64,000 nt of DNA from Acidobacteriota bacterium (GCA_003224525.1 QHZB01000212.1:24173-88172); one strand, 5' to 3'; counted from the first letter of the stretch, positions 1 to 10,963 are shown. Made by a program: numbers and translations. Notes: generated from the letters alone by a model not told the origin.

Positions 1-223
1 TTCCTGTCTGGAGCTTTAGCTTGGCGTCGGGAGATGGCCTCACGCTGATCTCAAAGGATTGACCGTCAAGCAAAATGGAGATGGTGTGGGGAGCGATCTC
101 GACGGCATCGACTGCCACGGACCGGCCATCCAGCATCACGCGCCAGCCGGAAGCATCGCGTTCGAGTTCGATGACGTGGTTTTTTTGCTCGGAGGGGGAC
201 GCGAGTTGGACTTCGTATCTCAT
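1..223 (-). CDS. Biotin carboxyl carrier subunit of acyl-CoA carboxylase, N-terminal part (runs off the window)
   Basis: Not in the ORF track. Read by hand from ATG at 223: MRYEVQLASPSEQKNHVIELERDASGWRVMLDGRPVAVDAVEIAPHTISILLDGQSFEISV. ATGA overlap with the biotin carboxylase stop. The biotinylation motif would lie beyond the edge, so the product is inferred from context. Confidence 0.7.
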   Translation of the reverse strand, partial: MRYEVQLASPSEQKNHVIELERDASGWRVMLDGRSVAVDAVEIAPHTISILLDGQSFEISVRPSPDAKLKLQTG

Positions 224-1752
224 GGCAGGCGGTCCAGTTGCGCACGACGACCTTCCAGCTTCCAGCGAGAGGGCTGGTCTGCGGAAGAACAGGACAGACA
301 AGCATGTCTGTCCCACTGGCTTGCCTGCCAGATGGCAGCGGCGATGGCGGCGGCATCAGAAGGGGAGTTTCCGGTCTGATTTTGGTCCGCAGGAGACGCG
401 GCGGAACGCGGACGGCGGAGCAACTCGTCAAGCCACCTGGTGTGCATCTCGCCGCGCAGAAAATCGGGTTCAACAAGGATACGGCGGAAAAGCCCCACAT
501 TGGTCTTGATGCCGGTGACGGTGTACTCCTCAAGGGCACGGCGAAGGCGGGCAATGGTTTCCTCACGGCTATTGCCCCAGGCGATGAGTTTTCCGAGAAG
601 CGGATCGTAATCGTTAGGCACGGTCCAGCCCTCGTAGACGCCGTCGTCCAGGCGAACGCCCGGGCCGCTGGGAACCTGGCGCGAAATAATTTTTCCCGGC
701 GAGGGGAAGAAATTATTGTCGGGATCCTCGGCGTAAAGACGCACTTCCATAGCATGGCCGCGGGGGGTGATGGATTCCCAGGCGAAGGGCAGACGGTGGC
801 CGGCGGCGATGGCGATTTGAAGTTTTACGAGATCGAGGCCGGTAACCTGCTCGGTGACAGGATGTTCGACTTGCAAACGCGTGTTCACTTCCAAAAAATA
901 AAAATTGAGGTTGGCGTCGACGAGGAATTCGACAGTGCCGGCGTTGACGTAGCCGCCGGCGCGCGCGAGGCGCACCGCGGCGTCGCCCATTTTCTTGCGC
1001 AGGTCGGGCGTGATGATTGGCGAGGGCGCCTCTTCGATCACTTTTTGATGGCGCCGCTGGACGGAGCATTCACGCTCACCGAGAGAGACGACGCGGCCGT
1101 GAGCGTCGGCGAAAATCTGGATTTCCACGTGATGGGGCCGGTCGAGATATTTTTCGAGGTAAAGGCGGTCATCGCCAAATGCGTTCATGGCTTCGGAGGA
1201 AGCATCTCGAAACGCAGATTCGAACTCGGCGTCGCCGTCGACAACGCGCATGCCCTTGCCGCCGCCACCGGCGACGGCTTTGAGCAGAACGGGATAGCCC
1301 ATGCTGTGTGCTAGCGACTGAGCTTCCGCGAGCTTTTCGATGGGATCGTTGGTGCCGGGAACGGTGGGAACATCGACGCGACGGGCAAGCTGGCGGCCGG
1401 CAGTTTTCGCGCCTAGAGATTCCATGGCGTCGGCTGGCGGCCCGATGAAGGTGAGGCCCGCATCCGTACAGGCACGCGGCAGCGCGGCGTTTTCCGCGAG
1501 GAACCCGTAGCCCGGATGCACGGCATCGCAACCGGCGCGACGCGCCACGTCCATGAGCTTGTCAATGCAGAGATAACTTTCGCGCGAGGGCGCCGGGCCG
1601 ATGGGGTAGGCTTCATCGGCAAGGCGGACGTGCAGGGATTTGCGGTCGACCTCACTGAAGACGGCGGCGGAGCGGATGCCCAGCTCGCGGCAGGCGCGCA
1701 GGATGCGCACGGCGATCTCACCGCGATTGGCGATCAGGATTTTCCGGAACAT
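220..1752 (-). CDS. accC: Biotin carboxylase subunit
   Basis: Start moved to MFRKILIANRGEIA (ATG 1752). Motifs HPGYGFLAEN, GGGGKGMR, ERECSVQRRHQK, EVNTRLQVEHPVTE. Confidence 0.95.
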   Translation of the reverse strand: MFRKILIANRGEIAVRILRACRELGIRSAAVFSEVDRKSLHVRLADEAYPIGPAPSRESYLCIDKLMDVARRAGCDAVHPGYGFLAENAALPRACTDAGLTFIGPPADAMESLGAKTAGRQLARRVDVPTVPGTNDPIEKLAEAQSLAHSMGYPVLLKAVAGGGGKGMRVVDGDAEFESAFRDASSEAMNAFGDDRLYLEKYLDRPHHVEIQIFADAHGRVVSLGERECSVQRRHQKVIEEAPSPIITPDLRKKMGDAAVRLARAGGYVNAGTVEFLVDANLNFYFLEVNTRLQVEHPVTEQVTGLDLVKLQIAIAAGHRLPFAWESITPRGHAMEVRLYAEDPDNNFFPSPGKIISRQVPSGPGVRLDDGVYEGWTVPNDYDPLLGKLIAWGNSREETIARLRRALEEYTVTGIKTNVGLFRRILVEPDFLRGEMHTRWLDELLRRPRSAASPADQNQTGNSPSDAAAIAAAIWQASQWDRHACLSCSSADQPSRWKLEGRRAQLDRLP

Positions 1753-1878
1753 GGCTGGTTTGCGATTGCAGCGGGATTTTAACATGCGTGGCGGCAAGAT
1801 GACGCTTGCGGTTCGGCTTGCGTGTCCAATCATTTGCGGTGTAAGAAGATGTGGCCAATTTGTGGGTGGGGGATAGTG

Positions 1879-3819
1879 ATGAGCAAAAAAATGCTTCTGC
1901 TCCTGGCAGCGATGCTGCTCGTGGCTGCGGCTGTGCCGGCGCAAGAGCCGGTCATTGCGCCAGCAGACAATTTGATCGCAGATGGCGTGCCCAAGATACC
2001 GGCGTCGCTAGCGGAGACGGCGGGGCGATACGGGTCGTATCGTAGCGCCAATCTGGCGGATTGGCATCCCACGAAGCGAGAGATGCTGATCGCGACGCGA
2101 TTTGGGGATACGCCTCAGCTTCATCTGGTGAAGATACCGGGCGGGACGCGGCAGCAACTGACTTTTTTCGCGGACTCCGTCGGCGGCGGCCGTTTTCATC
2201 CGAATGGCGGCGACTACATACTTTTTGCGAAGGATATTGGCGGCGGGGAGTGGTACCAGCTCTACCGTTACGACGTGGTCACCGGCAACGTGACACTGCT
2301 GACGGACGGGAAGTCGCGGAATCTGGCGGGACCGTGGTCGTCGAGCGGCGATCAAGTCGCGTACATGTCCACGCGGCGCACGGGAAAAGATACGGATTTG
2401 TGGGTGATGAATCCGAGTGATCCGAAGACGGATCACTTGCTGACGCAACTGGCGGGCGGCGGATGGCAGCCGCTGGATTGGTCGCCGGATGACAAGAAAA
2501 TTCTGTTGGAGGAAGAGCTTTCCGTCAACGAATCGTACCTGTGGCTGGTGGATCGAACGACCGGTGAGAAGACGGAGCTTACGCCGAGGAATATAACCGA
2601 AAAAGTCTCTTATGGCGAGGGGCGGTTCAGCAAAGATGGCAAGGGGATTTACGTCACGACGGACGAGGACTCGGAGTTTCACCGGCTGAGCTACATCGAT
2701 CTGTCAACGAGGCAGCGGCAGTACCTGACGACGAACATTCCGTGGGACGTGGAGTCATGCGACCTGACACACGACGGAAAGATGATCGCGTTCATGACAA
2801 ATGAAGAGGGCGTAAGCGTCCTGCACGTGATGAACACATCCACGAAGAAGGAGACGCTGCTGCCAAAGCTGCCGGCAGGAGTGATGGGCTCTCTGCGGTG
2901 GCATAAGAATGGGCACGAGGTCGGATTCTCACTGAGCAACGCGCGAGGGCCGGGAGATGTGTATTCGCTGGATGTGGCAACTGGAAAAGTGGAACGCTGG
3001 ACGGCGAGCGAGACGGCAGTGAAGACCGATGGGTTCCCGGAAGCGGAGCTGGTGCGATGGAAGAGTTTTGACGGGAAGATGATTTCAGGATTTTTGTACA
3101 AGCCGCCAGCGAAGTTTACGGGCAAGCGGCCAGTGCTGGTGGTGATTCATGGCGGGCCGGAAGGGCAATCGCAGCCGACATTTCTCGGGCGCAGCAATTA
3201 CCTGCTGGACGAACTGGGGATCGCATTGATCTATCCGAACGTGCGCGGGTCGACGGGGTACGGGAAGACCTTCTCGCTGATGGACAACGGATTCAAACGC
3301 GACGGCACCTACAAGGATATCAACGCGCTGTTCGACTGGATCGCGACGCAACCGGGACTGGATAGCCAGCGGATCGCGGTAACCGGCGGGAGCTACGGCG
3401 GGCACATGACGCTGGCAGTGTCGACGTTTTACAGCGACCGGATTCGCTGCTCGGTGGATATCGTGGGCATGTCGAACCTGGTGACGTTCCTCGAGCACAC
3501 GGAGGCCTACCGGCGAGATCTGCGGCGCGTGGAATACGGCGACGAGCGCGAGCCGAAAATGCGGGAGTTCCTTGAGAAAATCGCGCCGATGAACAACATC
3601 GAACAAATCAAGAAGCCCATGTTGGTGATTGCCGGAAAGAACGATCCGCGGGTGCCGGTGAGCGAGTCCCAGCAGATCGCCGATGGGCTGAGGAAGCAGG
3701 GGACTCCGGTATGGCTCCTCGTCGCCAAGGACGAAGGCCACGGGTACCGAAAGAAGCCGAACCAGGATTTTCAGTTTTATGCGACCGTCGTGTTTTTGCA
3801 GGAGTATTTGCTGAAATAA
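1879..3819 (+). CDS. Secreted S9 (prolyl oligopeptidase) family peptidase
   Basis: Signal peptide MSKKMLLLLAAMLLVAAAVPA; propeller repeats; IHGGPE, GGSYGG nucleophile, NDPRVP, DEGHG. Confidence 0.92.
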   Translation: MSKKMLLLLAAMLLVAAAVPAQEPVIAPADNLIADGVPKIPASLAETAGRYGSYRSANLADWHPTKREMLIATRFGDTPQLHLVKIPGGTRQQLTFFADSVGGGRFHPNGGDYILFAKDIGGGEWYQLYRYDVVTGNVTLLTDGKSRNLAGPWSSSGDQVAYMSTRRTGKDTDLWVMNPSDPKTDHLLTQLAGGGWQPLDWSPDDKKILLEEELSVNESYLWLVDRTTGEKTELTPRNITEKVSYGEGRFSKDGKGIYVTTDEDSEFHRLSYIDLSTRQRQYLTTNIPWDVESCDLTHDGKMIAFMTNEEGVSVLHVMNTSTKKETLLPKLPAGVMGSLRWHKNGHEVGFSLSNARGPGDVYSLDVATGKVERWTASETAVKTDGFPEAELVRWKSFDGKMISGFLYKPPAKFTGKRPVLVVIHGGPEGQSQPTFLGRSNYLLDELGIALIYPNVRGSTGYGKTFSLMDNGFKRDGTYKDINALFDWIATQPGLDSQRIAVTGGSYGGHMTLAVSTFYSDRIRCSVDIVGMSNLVTFLEHTEAYRRDLRRVEYGDEREPKMREFLEKIAPMNNIEQIKKPMLVIAGKNDPRVPVSESQQIADGLRKQGTPVWLLVAKDEGHGYRKKPNQDFQFYATVVFLQEYLLK

Positions 3820-3854
3820 ACCCGACTTCATTCTGACTGCGCCTCGACACTGCC

Positions 3855-3877
3855 GGGGCAGCATGCCGCGCCCCTGC
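3855..3877. repeat. REP-like GC hairpin between convergent genes
   Basis: GGGGCAGCATGCCGCGCCCCTGC, imperfect palindrome between the S9 and carboxyltransferase stops. Confidence 0.5.
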
Positions 3878-3890
3878 ACAAGACTTACAA

Positions 3891-5480
3891 CTACAGAGGG
3901 ATATTGCCGTGTTTCTTGCGGGGATTGGTGTCTTTCTTGTTTTCGAGGGCGCGGAGAGAGGTGATGATGCGGGCGCGAGTTTCGGCGGGCTCGATGACCG
4001 CGTCGATGTAGCCGCGCTCGGCGGCAACGAAGGGATTGGCAAAGCGGTCGCGGAATTCGGCGATTTTTTCCTGGCGAAGCTTTTCGCGCTCGGATTCGGG
4101 AACTTTGTCGAGCTCGCGCTTGTTGACGATATTTACGGCGCCTTCCGGACCCATGACGGCGATCTCCGCGGTGGGCCAGGCGAAATTGGCATCGGTTCGA
4201 ATGTGTTTCGAAGCCATGACGCAATAAGCCCCGCCGTAGGCTTTGCGGGTGATGACCGTGATTTTCGGGACGGTGGCCTCGGCGAAGGCGAAGAGCAATT
4301 TGGCGCCGTGCTTGATGATTCCGCCGAATTCCTGCTGAGTGCCGGGGAGAAAACCTGGAACATCTTCGAAGGTGATGAGCGGAATGTTGAAGGCGTCGCA
4401 GAAACGCACGAAACGCGCGCCCTTCACAGAGGCATTGATATCGAGAACGCCGGCGAGGAAGGCCGGCTGATTGCCAACGATGCCGGCGGGGCGGCCGTCG
4501 AGGCGCGCAAATCCGACGACGAGATTTTTCGCATAGTGTTCATGCACTTCGAAGAAGTAGCCATCGTCAACGATGGAGTGGATAGCATTTTTCATGTCGT
4601 AGGGCTTCTGGGGATCGGCGGGAACGAGGGTGTTGAGTGATTCATCGCGGCGAACCGGGCTGTCAGCGGTAGCGCGGCGTGGGGGATCTTCCAGATTGTT
4701 CGAAGGGAGAAAGCTTATCAGCTCGCGGATCATGGCCAGACAATCGGCATCGTCGCGCGAAACAAAATGGGCGACACCACTTTTTTCATTGTGGGTCATC
4801 GCACCGCCGAGTTCCTGCTTGGTGACTTCCTCGTGCGTGACGGTCTTGATGACGTCGGGACCAGTGACGAACATGTACGAGGTTTCGCGCGTCATGAAGA
4901 TGAAATCGGTGATGGCTGGGGAGTAGACCGCGCCGCCGGCACAGGGACCCATAATGGCGCTGATCTGCGGGATGACTCCACTGGCCAGCGTGTTGCGGAG
5001 AAAAATATCGGCGTAACCCGCGAGCGAGGCGACGCCTTCCTGAATGCGCGCGCCGCCGGAATCGTTGAGGCCGATGACGGGAGCCCCGGCGCGCATGGCC
5101 AGGTCCATGATCTTGCAGATTTTCAGCGCGTTGGTTTCAGAAAGCGAACCGCCGAAAACGGTGAAGTCCTGCGCAAAAACATAAACCAGGCGGCCATCGA
5201 TGCGGCCGAAGCCGGTAACAAAGCCGTCGCCGGCGGGACGTTGCTCCTGCATGCCGAAATCGACCGAGCGGTGACGAACGAATTTGTCGAGCTCCTCGAA
5301 GGTGCCTTCGTCCAACAATAGGTGGATGCGCTCTCGGGCGGTGAGCTTGCCAGCTCTGTGTTCGCGCTCCCGACGCTCCGGACCGCCGCCAGCTTCGGCT
5401 TCCTCGGAAATGCGGCGAAGTTCTTCCATACGGTCGCGATGTCTGGCTTCGGGAATCAAACTGGGCTTGGGCTCAGACAA
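3891..5480 (-). CDS. pccB: Acyl-CoA carboxylase carboxyltransferase beta subunit (propionyl-CoA carboxylase type)
   Basis: [57 protein letters not shown]-terminus. TTG start at 5480 with GGAGG 5 nt upstream. Confidence 0.93.
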   Translation of the reverse strand: MSEPKPSLIPEARHRDRMEELRRISEEAEAGGGPERREREHRAGKLTARERIHLLLDEGTFEELDKFVRHRSVDFGMQEQRPAGDGFVTGFGRIDGRLVYVFAQDFTVFGGSLSETNALKICKIMDLAMRAGAPVIGLNDSGGARIQEGVASLAGYADIFLRNTLASGVIPQISAIMGPCAGGAVYSPAITDFIFMTRETSYMFVTGPDVIKTVTHEEVTKQELGGAMTHNEKSGVAHFVSRDDADCLAMIRELISFLPSNNLEDPPRRATADSPVRRDESLNTLVPADPQKPYDMKNAIHSIVDDGYFFEVHEHYAKNLVVGFARLDGRPAGIVGNQPAFLAGVLDINASVKGARFVRFCDAFNIPLITFEDVPGFLPGTQQEFGGIIKHGAKLLFAFAEATVPKITVITRKAYGGAYCVMASKHIRTDANFAWPTAEIAVMGPEGAVNIVNKRELDKVPESEREKLRQEKIAEFRDRFANPFVAAERGYIDAVIEPAETRARIITSLRALENKKDTNPRKKHGNIPL

Positions 5481-5727
5481 CGGGTCCTCCCGCGGAAGGG
5501 GATTGCTTCGGGGTAAAAATGCGCACGGCAAGATGTGTGGCGAGCCAGACGGTTCCGAGGAGCAGCACGACGCCCAGGAGTAGCTCCGCGCCCATGGCGG
5601 CGGCGCGTTGCAGGGGAGATTCGAGCGAAGTCACGTATTCCGTAGCTTGGACGAGAATGAACATGGCACCGAGGGTCATCGCCACGATGAGGATGGTGGT
5701 AAGAACGGAAGCGAGAATCATTTTCAT
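5473..5727 (-). CDS. Small two-TM membrane protein
   Basis: 84 aa, two hydrophobic stretches; stop overlaps the pccB start by 8 nt. Confidence 0.65.
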   Translation of the reverse strand: MKMILASVLTTILIVAMTLGAMFILVQATEYVTSLESPLQRAAAMGAELLLGVVLLLGTVWLATHLAVRIFTPKQSPSAGGPVV

Positions 5728-5824
5728 GGGATGGAGTCTGGGCCGCCCGGAAGCGGCATAAAGAAGGATAGCGCAACCGGAGGGAAAGCAGAACGCAGAA
5801 GACGGTCAGCCAGCGGGAGAGCAA

Positions 5825-6277
5825 TCAGCGCAGGCCAGACCAATCGTCAGCCACCAGGATGGAATCGCTGGGATTGGAGGCATCGTACTTGATGCTGGCG
5901 GGCTGGCCCGCAACGAGCCGTTCCAGGCGAATCTGGCTTTCGAGTCCGGTGATGTCCTGCGCAGTCTGATAGGTGACGCCGGAAATCAAATAACTATAGG
6001 AAACGAGATGGCGCGGGCGCATGTCTGGAAGCGGGCGGGCGCCTCCGCCGAACAAACCCTTACGCGCTTCTTTCGATACGGGCGGGTGCTCGACGAGCTC
6101 AACGATCTGCCCCTCGGCAATGCGGCCGATCTGGTTCAGGTGGAGGCGGCGCTGGCGTTCCTCTTCTTCGGGATTCGCGGCGGGACGCAAGAAAGCATAA
6201 GCGATCATCGCCAGCGCGGCGATCAGTGCGCCACCCATGGCGAGCACTAGTTTCCAATCGGCAAGCAAAGCATTCAA
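5825..6277 (-). CDS. DUF3592-like membrane-anchored protein
   Basis: N-terminal TM, then GQIVEL...VSYSYLISGVTY...IKYDASNPSDS pattern. Confidence 0.7.
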   Translation of the reverse strand: MNALLADWKLVLAMGGALIAALAMIAYAFLRPAANPEEEERQRRLHLNQIGRIAEGQIVELVEHPPVSKEARKGLFGGGARPLPDMRPRHLVSYSYLISGVTYQTAQDITGLESQIRLERLVAGQPASIKYDASNPSDSILVADDWSGLR

Positions 6278-6420
6278 CGAGCAAACTCCGTATTTTCAGA
6301 TCGGTGGAATTGCGCACGGCGCGCGGAAGATTGCGTCCACGCAATGCGGCGGAAGGACTCCCTGCACCCGCCGATGCCCACTGATGTGTATTCTATCGAA
6401 ACCTTGAGGTCTCCGCGAAA

Positions 6421-7209
6421 CTACGCTTGGGGAGCGTACACCGGATTGCGCAACACGCCAACACCGGCAACACTGACCTCGACCGTGTCTCCGGCAACCA
6501 GCGGACCGACCCCGGCGGGTGTACCGGTGGCGATGACGTCGCCGGGCATCAAGGTCATCATGCGGGAGATCCAGCCGACGAGAAACCCGGGCGGATAGGT
6601 CATCAGCGAGGTGAGGCCGGACTGGCGGCGCGCGCCGTTGACGTGCGTCTCGACGAGCACGTTGGACGGGTCGAAAGTCGTTTCAATGTGCGGACCGACG
6701 GCGCAAAAGGTGTCGAAACCCTTGGCGCGAGTGAATTGAACATCACTCTTCTGAAGGTCGCGCGCGGTGACATCGTTGAGGCAGGTATAACCCACCACAA
6801 AGGACAAAGCATCGTCGGTATCGCGCAACTGCGAGCAGCGGCGGCCGATGACCAGGGCCAGCTCGCCTTCGTGTTCCACGCGCTGGGAATATTTTGTCAA
6901 GACGATGGCTTCTTCCGGACCGATGATCGAAGAAGGCGGCTTGAGGAACATCAACGGCTCTTTCGGGACTTCGTTGCCCATCTCCGCGGCATGCGCGGCG
7001 TAATTGCGTCCGATGCAAACGATTTTCGAAGGCTCAACCGGAGCGAGCAGCCGAACATCGGCGAGGCGCGAAGAACGCGAGCCACGCAGCCAGGGTGCCC
7101 AGAGCGGGCCAGAGATTTCGATGACATTTTCTCCTTCGATTAGTCCATAACTGGGCGAAGCAGGGTCCGAAGAGGAAGCGTCGCGCATCAGGTAACGGCA
7201 GATTTTCAT
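6421..7209 (-). CDS. Fumarylacetoacetate hydrolase family protein
   Basis: KIVCIGRNY, FLKPPSS, EHEGELALVIG, NDVTARDLQ, GDVIATGTPAGVG. Confidence 0.93.
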   Translation of the reverse strand: MKICRYLMRDASSSDPASPSYGLIEGENVIEISGPLWAPWLRGSRSSRLADVRLLAPVEPSKIVCIGRNYAAHAAEMGNEVPKEPLMFLKPPSSIIGPEEAIVLTKYSQRVEHEGELALVIGRRCSQLRDTDDALSFVVGYTCLNDVTARDLQKSDVQFTRAKGFDTFCAVGPHIETTFDPSNVLVETHVNGARRQSGLTSLMTYPPGFLVGWISRMMTLMPGDVIATGTPAGVGPLVAGDTVEVSVAGVGVLRNPVYAPQA

Positions 7210-7215
7210 TGCTGG

Positions 7216-7692
7216 TCAACTCGCGTGGTGGTTGGGATGAGTATCATGCGCTCCACGGGCTCTCCAGATCGTGGCAACAATCCAGCAGAGCGTAGTGAGA
7301 ATCATATAGACGACGGCTCCCAGCATGAATACATGGAACGTGCTGAGCCGATTACCGAGCCCGCGGAAAATCATGCAGAGAGCGCGATAGCTGAGGCTGA
7401 AAATGAGCCAAGCGATAAGACCCGACGCCAGGAGATGCCCCGGAAAGCGCAGAAACCGAAAAATGGGAACCGCAGCGAGGAAGCACAGAATCACGGAGGC
7501 GGCGATATTGCGCTCCAACGCAAAGCGCTCCAGGAATGGGGCATGATTGGCAATAACGACCCAGGCGGTGAAAACCAGGGTCAGACAAACACCAACGTAA
7601 ACACCGGTGCGAATCGCCGCGTCGCGGAAGACATGGAACCAGCGATACCCAGGCAGATGCGAACGGACCAGCATGAAGTGCTCGGCTCCCAA
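7216..7692 (-). CDS. Multi-pass membrane protein, unknown function
   Basis: Four hydrophobic segments; tightly packed in the hslVU-FAH run. Confidence 0.7.
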   Translation of the reverse strand: MGAEHFMLVRSHLPGYRWFHVFRDAAIRTGVYVGVCLTLVFTAWVVIANHAPFLERFALERNIAASVILCFLAAVPIFRFLRFPGHLLASGLIAWLIFSLSYRALCMIFRGLGNRLSTFHVFMLGAVVYMILTTLCWIVATIWRARGAHDTHPNHHAS

Positions 7693-7718
7693 GATGCGAG
7701 CAATCGTTTAACCCGGAT

Positions 7719-8903
7719 TTACGGCGATGGTTGCGCGACCTCGACAACCACCGGTGTGCCGGGCTCGCTTTCATTCCCCGCGCGGTCTACGGCGGTCGCG
7801 GTGTACCAATAGCGGTGGCCGGGCTGTACAGACCTATCACGAACCGCGGGCGTGGGCAACAATTCCGGGGTGACAAGCTGGCCCCTTTTGCCCTCCTGCT
7901 CACTTCTATAGACGCGATAGCCGGCCAAATCGGTTTCAAGGTTGATGGACCACGAGAGGTCAACAAAAACCGTACCCGGTTCCAAGCCGGGGAGCAAGGC
8001 GGCGACTAGGCCTGGCGGATGTGCAGGGGGGAAAGTGTCGCGCGGAGTGACCGTCACGGGCTGAGAGTCGGAGGACTCCAGCTCGTCTCCTTCAACCTGG
8101 ATGACACTGCGCACGATGTAGACGTAGGTATGCTCGAACACAAAGGATGTGTCGCGGTAGTTGTTGCTTTCAGAAGAAGCGAGCAGCGCAGCGTGTGATT
8201 CCGGTTTGCCTTGCGGAAGCTCTTTAGGAGACGAAGCGGGAGCGGAAGGATGAATTTCCGAGCGGTAGATTCGATAGCCGGCGATGGCTGGCGCGGGCTC
8301 CCCGGCGGCGGTGCGGGCCGGGACCGGCCAGGTCAATTCGATCGCCGACTCGATTACGCGAGCCTCCAGGGAAGCGATGCGCGCCGGAACAGGAAACACG
8401 CGCAGCGTGACAACGTTCGAATCCGTGGAAGCGCGTTTCTGCGAAGCGCGCGTTCGAACGATGTAGGTGACCGCGCCCCCGGGATGCGCTTTGGTTTCCT
8501 CGGACGCGATGGGATCGGTGAAGCGCACTTGGCCGTCGGCCCGATAACTGTCCACGAGAGCCCCGGGAATGGTGTAAACAACGCGGAATGACTTGGCATC
8601 GGCCGAACCGTCGGGTCTGACGGTGCCGCGGAGGATTTCGACCGCAGGCGGTGCCGGCAGTTTTTCTCCGGAGATGGAGTTCGCTGGGAGGGTGAAGGAA
8701 AGTTGCGCACCGTCCCCGGCCTGGTGGGCGGTGAGATCCTTGATCGCGGCGGGAACCGGCGGCGAAGGCGGAACGGGATCGCCGGGAGCGCCGCAGCCGG
8801 ACGTTAGCAGGAGAATGGAAAAAGGAAAATGGAAAAGGGCAAAGATTTGCGCGGGGCGTCTGGCGATGTGAATTCCCGTCCCTTCCTTATTTTCCATTTT
8901 CAA
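7719..8903 (-). CDS. Lipoprotein with fibronectin type III-like repeats
   Basis: Lipobox LLTSG|C (Cys codon 8793-8795); FN3 patterns IELTW..GYRIYRS, LSWS..GYRVYRS, YTATAVDRAGNES. Start uncertain (TTG 8903 or ATG 8897). Confidence 0.82.
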   Translation of the reverse strand: MKMENKEGTGIHIARRPAQIFALFHFPFSILLLTSGCGAPGDPVPPSPPVPAAIKDLTAHQAGDGAQLSFTLPANSISGEKLPAPPAVEILRGTVRPDGSADAKSFRVVYTIPGALVDSYRADGQVRFTDPIASEETKAHPGGAVTYIVRTRASQKRASTDSNVVTLRVFPVPARIASLEARVIESAIELTWPVPARTAAGEPAPAIAGYRIYRSEIHPSAPASSPKELPQGKPESHAALLASSESNNYRDTSFVFEHTYVYIVRSVIQVEGDELESSDSQPVTVTPRDTFPPAHPPGLVAALLPGLEPGTVFVDLSWSINLETDLAGYRVYRSEQEGKRGQLVTPELLPTPAVRDRSVQPGHRYWYTATAVDRAGNESEPGTPVVVEVAQPSP

Positions 8904-8910
8904 GTTTTGA
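8809..8910. repeat. Inverted pair of heptamer tandem arrays (TGGAAAA / TTTTCCA type)
   Basis: 8809-8843 AGGAGAA TGGAAAA AGGAAAA TGGAAAA GGGCAAA; 8890-8903 TTTTCCA TTTTCAA in opposite orientation. Confidence 0.65.
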
Positions 8911-8913
8911 GAA

Positions 8914-10353
8914 TCAGAGAATGTAGCGGCTCAGATCCTGATTCTTGACGATGTCCGCGAGCTGCTTGGTGACGTAGGCGGCGTCAACCTTCACGTTTTT
9001 CTTCTTGAGGTCGGGCGCTTCGAACGAGATTTCGTCGAGAACTTTTTCGAGGATGGTGTGCAGGCGGCGGGCGCCGATGTTTTCGGTTTGTTCGTTCACG
9101 CTGGTGGCGAAGCGGGCGACGGCGGCGACGGCATCTTCGGTGATGTTGAGCTTGACGCCTTCGGTCTCCAGCAGCGCGACGTACTGCTTGATCAGCGCAT
9201 TCTTCGGTTCGGTCAGAATGCGAATAAAATCTTCTTCCTTGAGGGAGTGCAGCTCGACGCGAATGGGAAGGCGCCCCTGAAGCTCGGGGATCAGATCGGA
9301 CGGCTTGGTGACGTGAAACGCGCCGGCAGCGATGAAGAGGATGTGATCGGTGCGGATCATGCCGTAGCGCGTGTTGACGGTGGTGCCTTCGATAATGGGC
9401 AAAATGTCCCGCTGCACCCCTTCGCGGGAAACGTCCGGGCCGTGGCCGGATTCGCGGCCGGCGACCTTATCGATTTCATCGATGAAGATGATGCCCATCT
9501 GCTCGGCGCGCTCCACGGCCACGCGGGTGACCTGGTCCATGTCGAGGAGCTTGTTTTCTTCTTCCTGGATCAGGTATTCGAAAGCGTCGGCGACGCTCAT
9601 TTTGCGTTTTCTCTTCTGCTGGCCGAACATGCCGGAGAGCATGTCCTTGATATTGACGTCCATCTCTTCGACGCCCTGGTTGGAGATAATTTCGAACGCG
9701 GGTATGGCGCGCTCGCGGACTTCGAGGTCGACCATGCGCTGGTCGAGCTTGCCTTCGCGCAGTTGGAGGCGCAGCTTTTCGCGCGTGCGCTGGGTCTGTT
9801 CCCGCTGCGCGGCAATTTCGGCGTCCGGAGTGCCGGGCGCGGGAGGAGGTGCCGGCGGAAGCAGCAGGTCGAGCACGCGTTCCTCCGCGGCCTGCTCGGC
9901 GCGGTCGGCGACTTCGTCGAGTTTTTCCTCGCGGATCATGTCAATGGAAGTCTCGACGAGATCGCGCACCATGGATTCCACATCGCGGCCGACGTAGCCG
10001 ACTTCGGTGTATTTCGAGGCTTCCACCTTGACGAACGGGCAGCCCGCGAGGCGCGCCAGCCGGCGGGCAATTTCCGTTTTTCCGACGCCGGTGGGGCCAA
10101 TCATCAGAATGTTTTTGGGCAGCACGTCTTCGGCGATTTCCGGCGGAAGCTTCTGGCGGCGGACGCGGTTGCGCAAGGCCACGGCGACGGCGCGCTTGGC
10201 GGCCGTCTGCCCGACGATATACTTGTCGAGCTCCGCGACGATTTCGCGCGGCGTCATGTCATCGAGGGCGGGGAGAAGTTCCTGCCCCTCGACGGGCTCG
10301 GCGCCGTTTCCTCCCGGTGCGTAGATCACTTCTTTTTCGGGCTTAGTGGTCAT
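8914..10353 (-). CDS. hslU: ATP-dependent protease ATPase subunit HslU
   Basis: [64 protein letters not shown]. Confidence 0.97.
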   Translation of the reverse strand: MTTKPEKEVIYAPGGNGAEPVEGQELLPALDDMTPREIVAELDKYIVGQTAAKRAVAVALRNRVRRQKLPPEIAEDVLPKNILMIGPTGVGKTEIARRLARLAGCPFVKVEASKYTEVGYVGRDVESMVRDLVETSIDMIREEKLDEVADRAEQAAEERVLDLLLPPAPPPAPGTPDAEIAAQREQTQRTREKLRLQLREGKLDQRMVDLEVRERAIPAFEIISNQGVEEMDVNIKDMLSGMFGQQKRKRKMSVADAFEYLIQEEENKLLDMDQVTRVAVERAEQMGIIFIDEIDKVAGRESGHGPDVSREGVQRDILPIIEGTTVNTRYGMIRTDHILFIAAGAFHVTKPSDLIPELQGRLPIRVELHSLKEEDFIRILTEPKNALIKQYVALLETEGVKLNITEDAVAAVARFATSVNEQTENIGARRLHTILEKVLDEISFEAPDLKKKNVKVDAAYVTKQLADIVKNQDLSRYIL

Positions 10354-10411
10354 GAGTTGCTCGGTTCCTTGGATGCGTGAAAACAGCTTGTGGCGTTCTC
10401 ATGCCTGACCC

Positions 10412-10963
10412 CTAGAGCTCTTCGACTGTAAAGTTGGCGTTGGTGAAAATGCAAATTTCGCTGGCGATGCGCATGGCCTCCATGGCCAGGTCCTTGGCAT
10501 TGAGTTTCGAATGCTTCACAAGCGCGCGGGCGGCCGAGAGCGCGAAAGTTCCGCCGGAACCGATGGCCACCAGACCGTCGTCCGGCTCGATGACATCGCC
10601 AGTGCCGGAAAGAATGAAAGTGCCCTTGGTGTCGGCAACGATAAGCAGGGCTTCCAAATGGCGGAGCGCGCGGTCCTTGCGCCATTCCTTGGCCAACTCG
10701 ACCGCGGCCTTCTGGAGATTGCCGGAAAATTCCTGAAGCTTGCCTTCGAATCGTTCAAAAAGGGTAATCGCGTCGGCCGTGGAGCCGGCGAAACCAGCGA
10801 CCACCTTGTCGTTGTAAAGGCGGCGGGTCTTGCGCGCGGTGTGCTTCATGACGTGGTCGCCCATGGTCACCTGGCCATCGGCGATGAGCACGACTTTGTT
10901 GTCCTTGCGTACGCACAGAACCGTGGTGCCGTGCATCAGTGGGCTTTCCCGGCGATTGCGCAT
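10412..10963 (-). CDS. hslV: ATP-dependent protease peptidase subunit HslV
   Basis: HGTT N-terminal Thr nucleophile, [26 protein letters not shown]. Start 10963 or 10936. Confidence 0.96.
   Translation of the reverse strand: MRNRRESPLMHGTTVLCVRKDNKVVLIADGQVTMGDHVMKHTARKTRRLYNDKVVAGFAGSTADAITLFERFEGKLQEFSGNLQKAAVELAKEWRKDRALRHLEALLIVADTKGTFILSGTGDVIEPDDGLVAIGSGGTFALSAARALVKHSKLNAKDLAMEAMRIASEICIFTNANFTVEEL

Noticed and set aside
238-1314. 358-aa plus-strand ORF, representative of many long antisense ORFs (also 9058-10380, 22077-23135, 34492-36165, 42713-44425, 57401-58879, 62539-63471)
   Set aside because: Shadows of well-supported opposite-strand genes in GC-rich DNA; no family motifs.
8415-8424. 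GTTCGAATCC, a tRNA T-loop-like string
   Set aside because: Inside the lipoprotein CDS with no cloverleaf around it.
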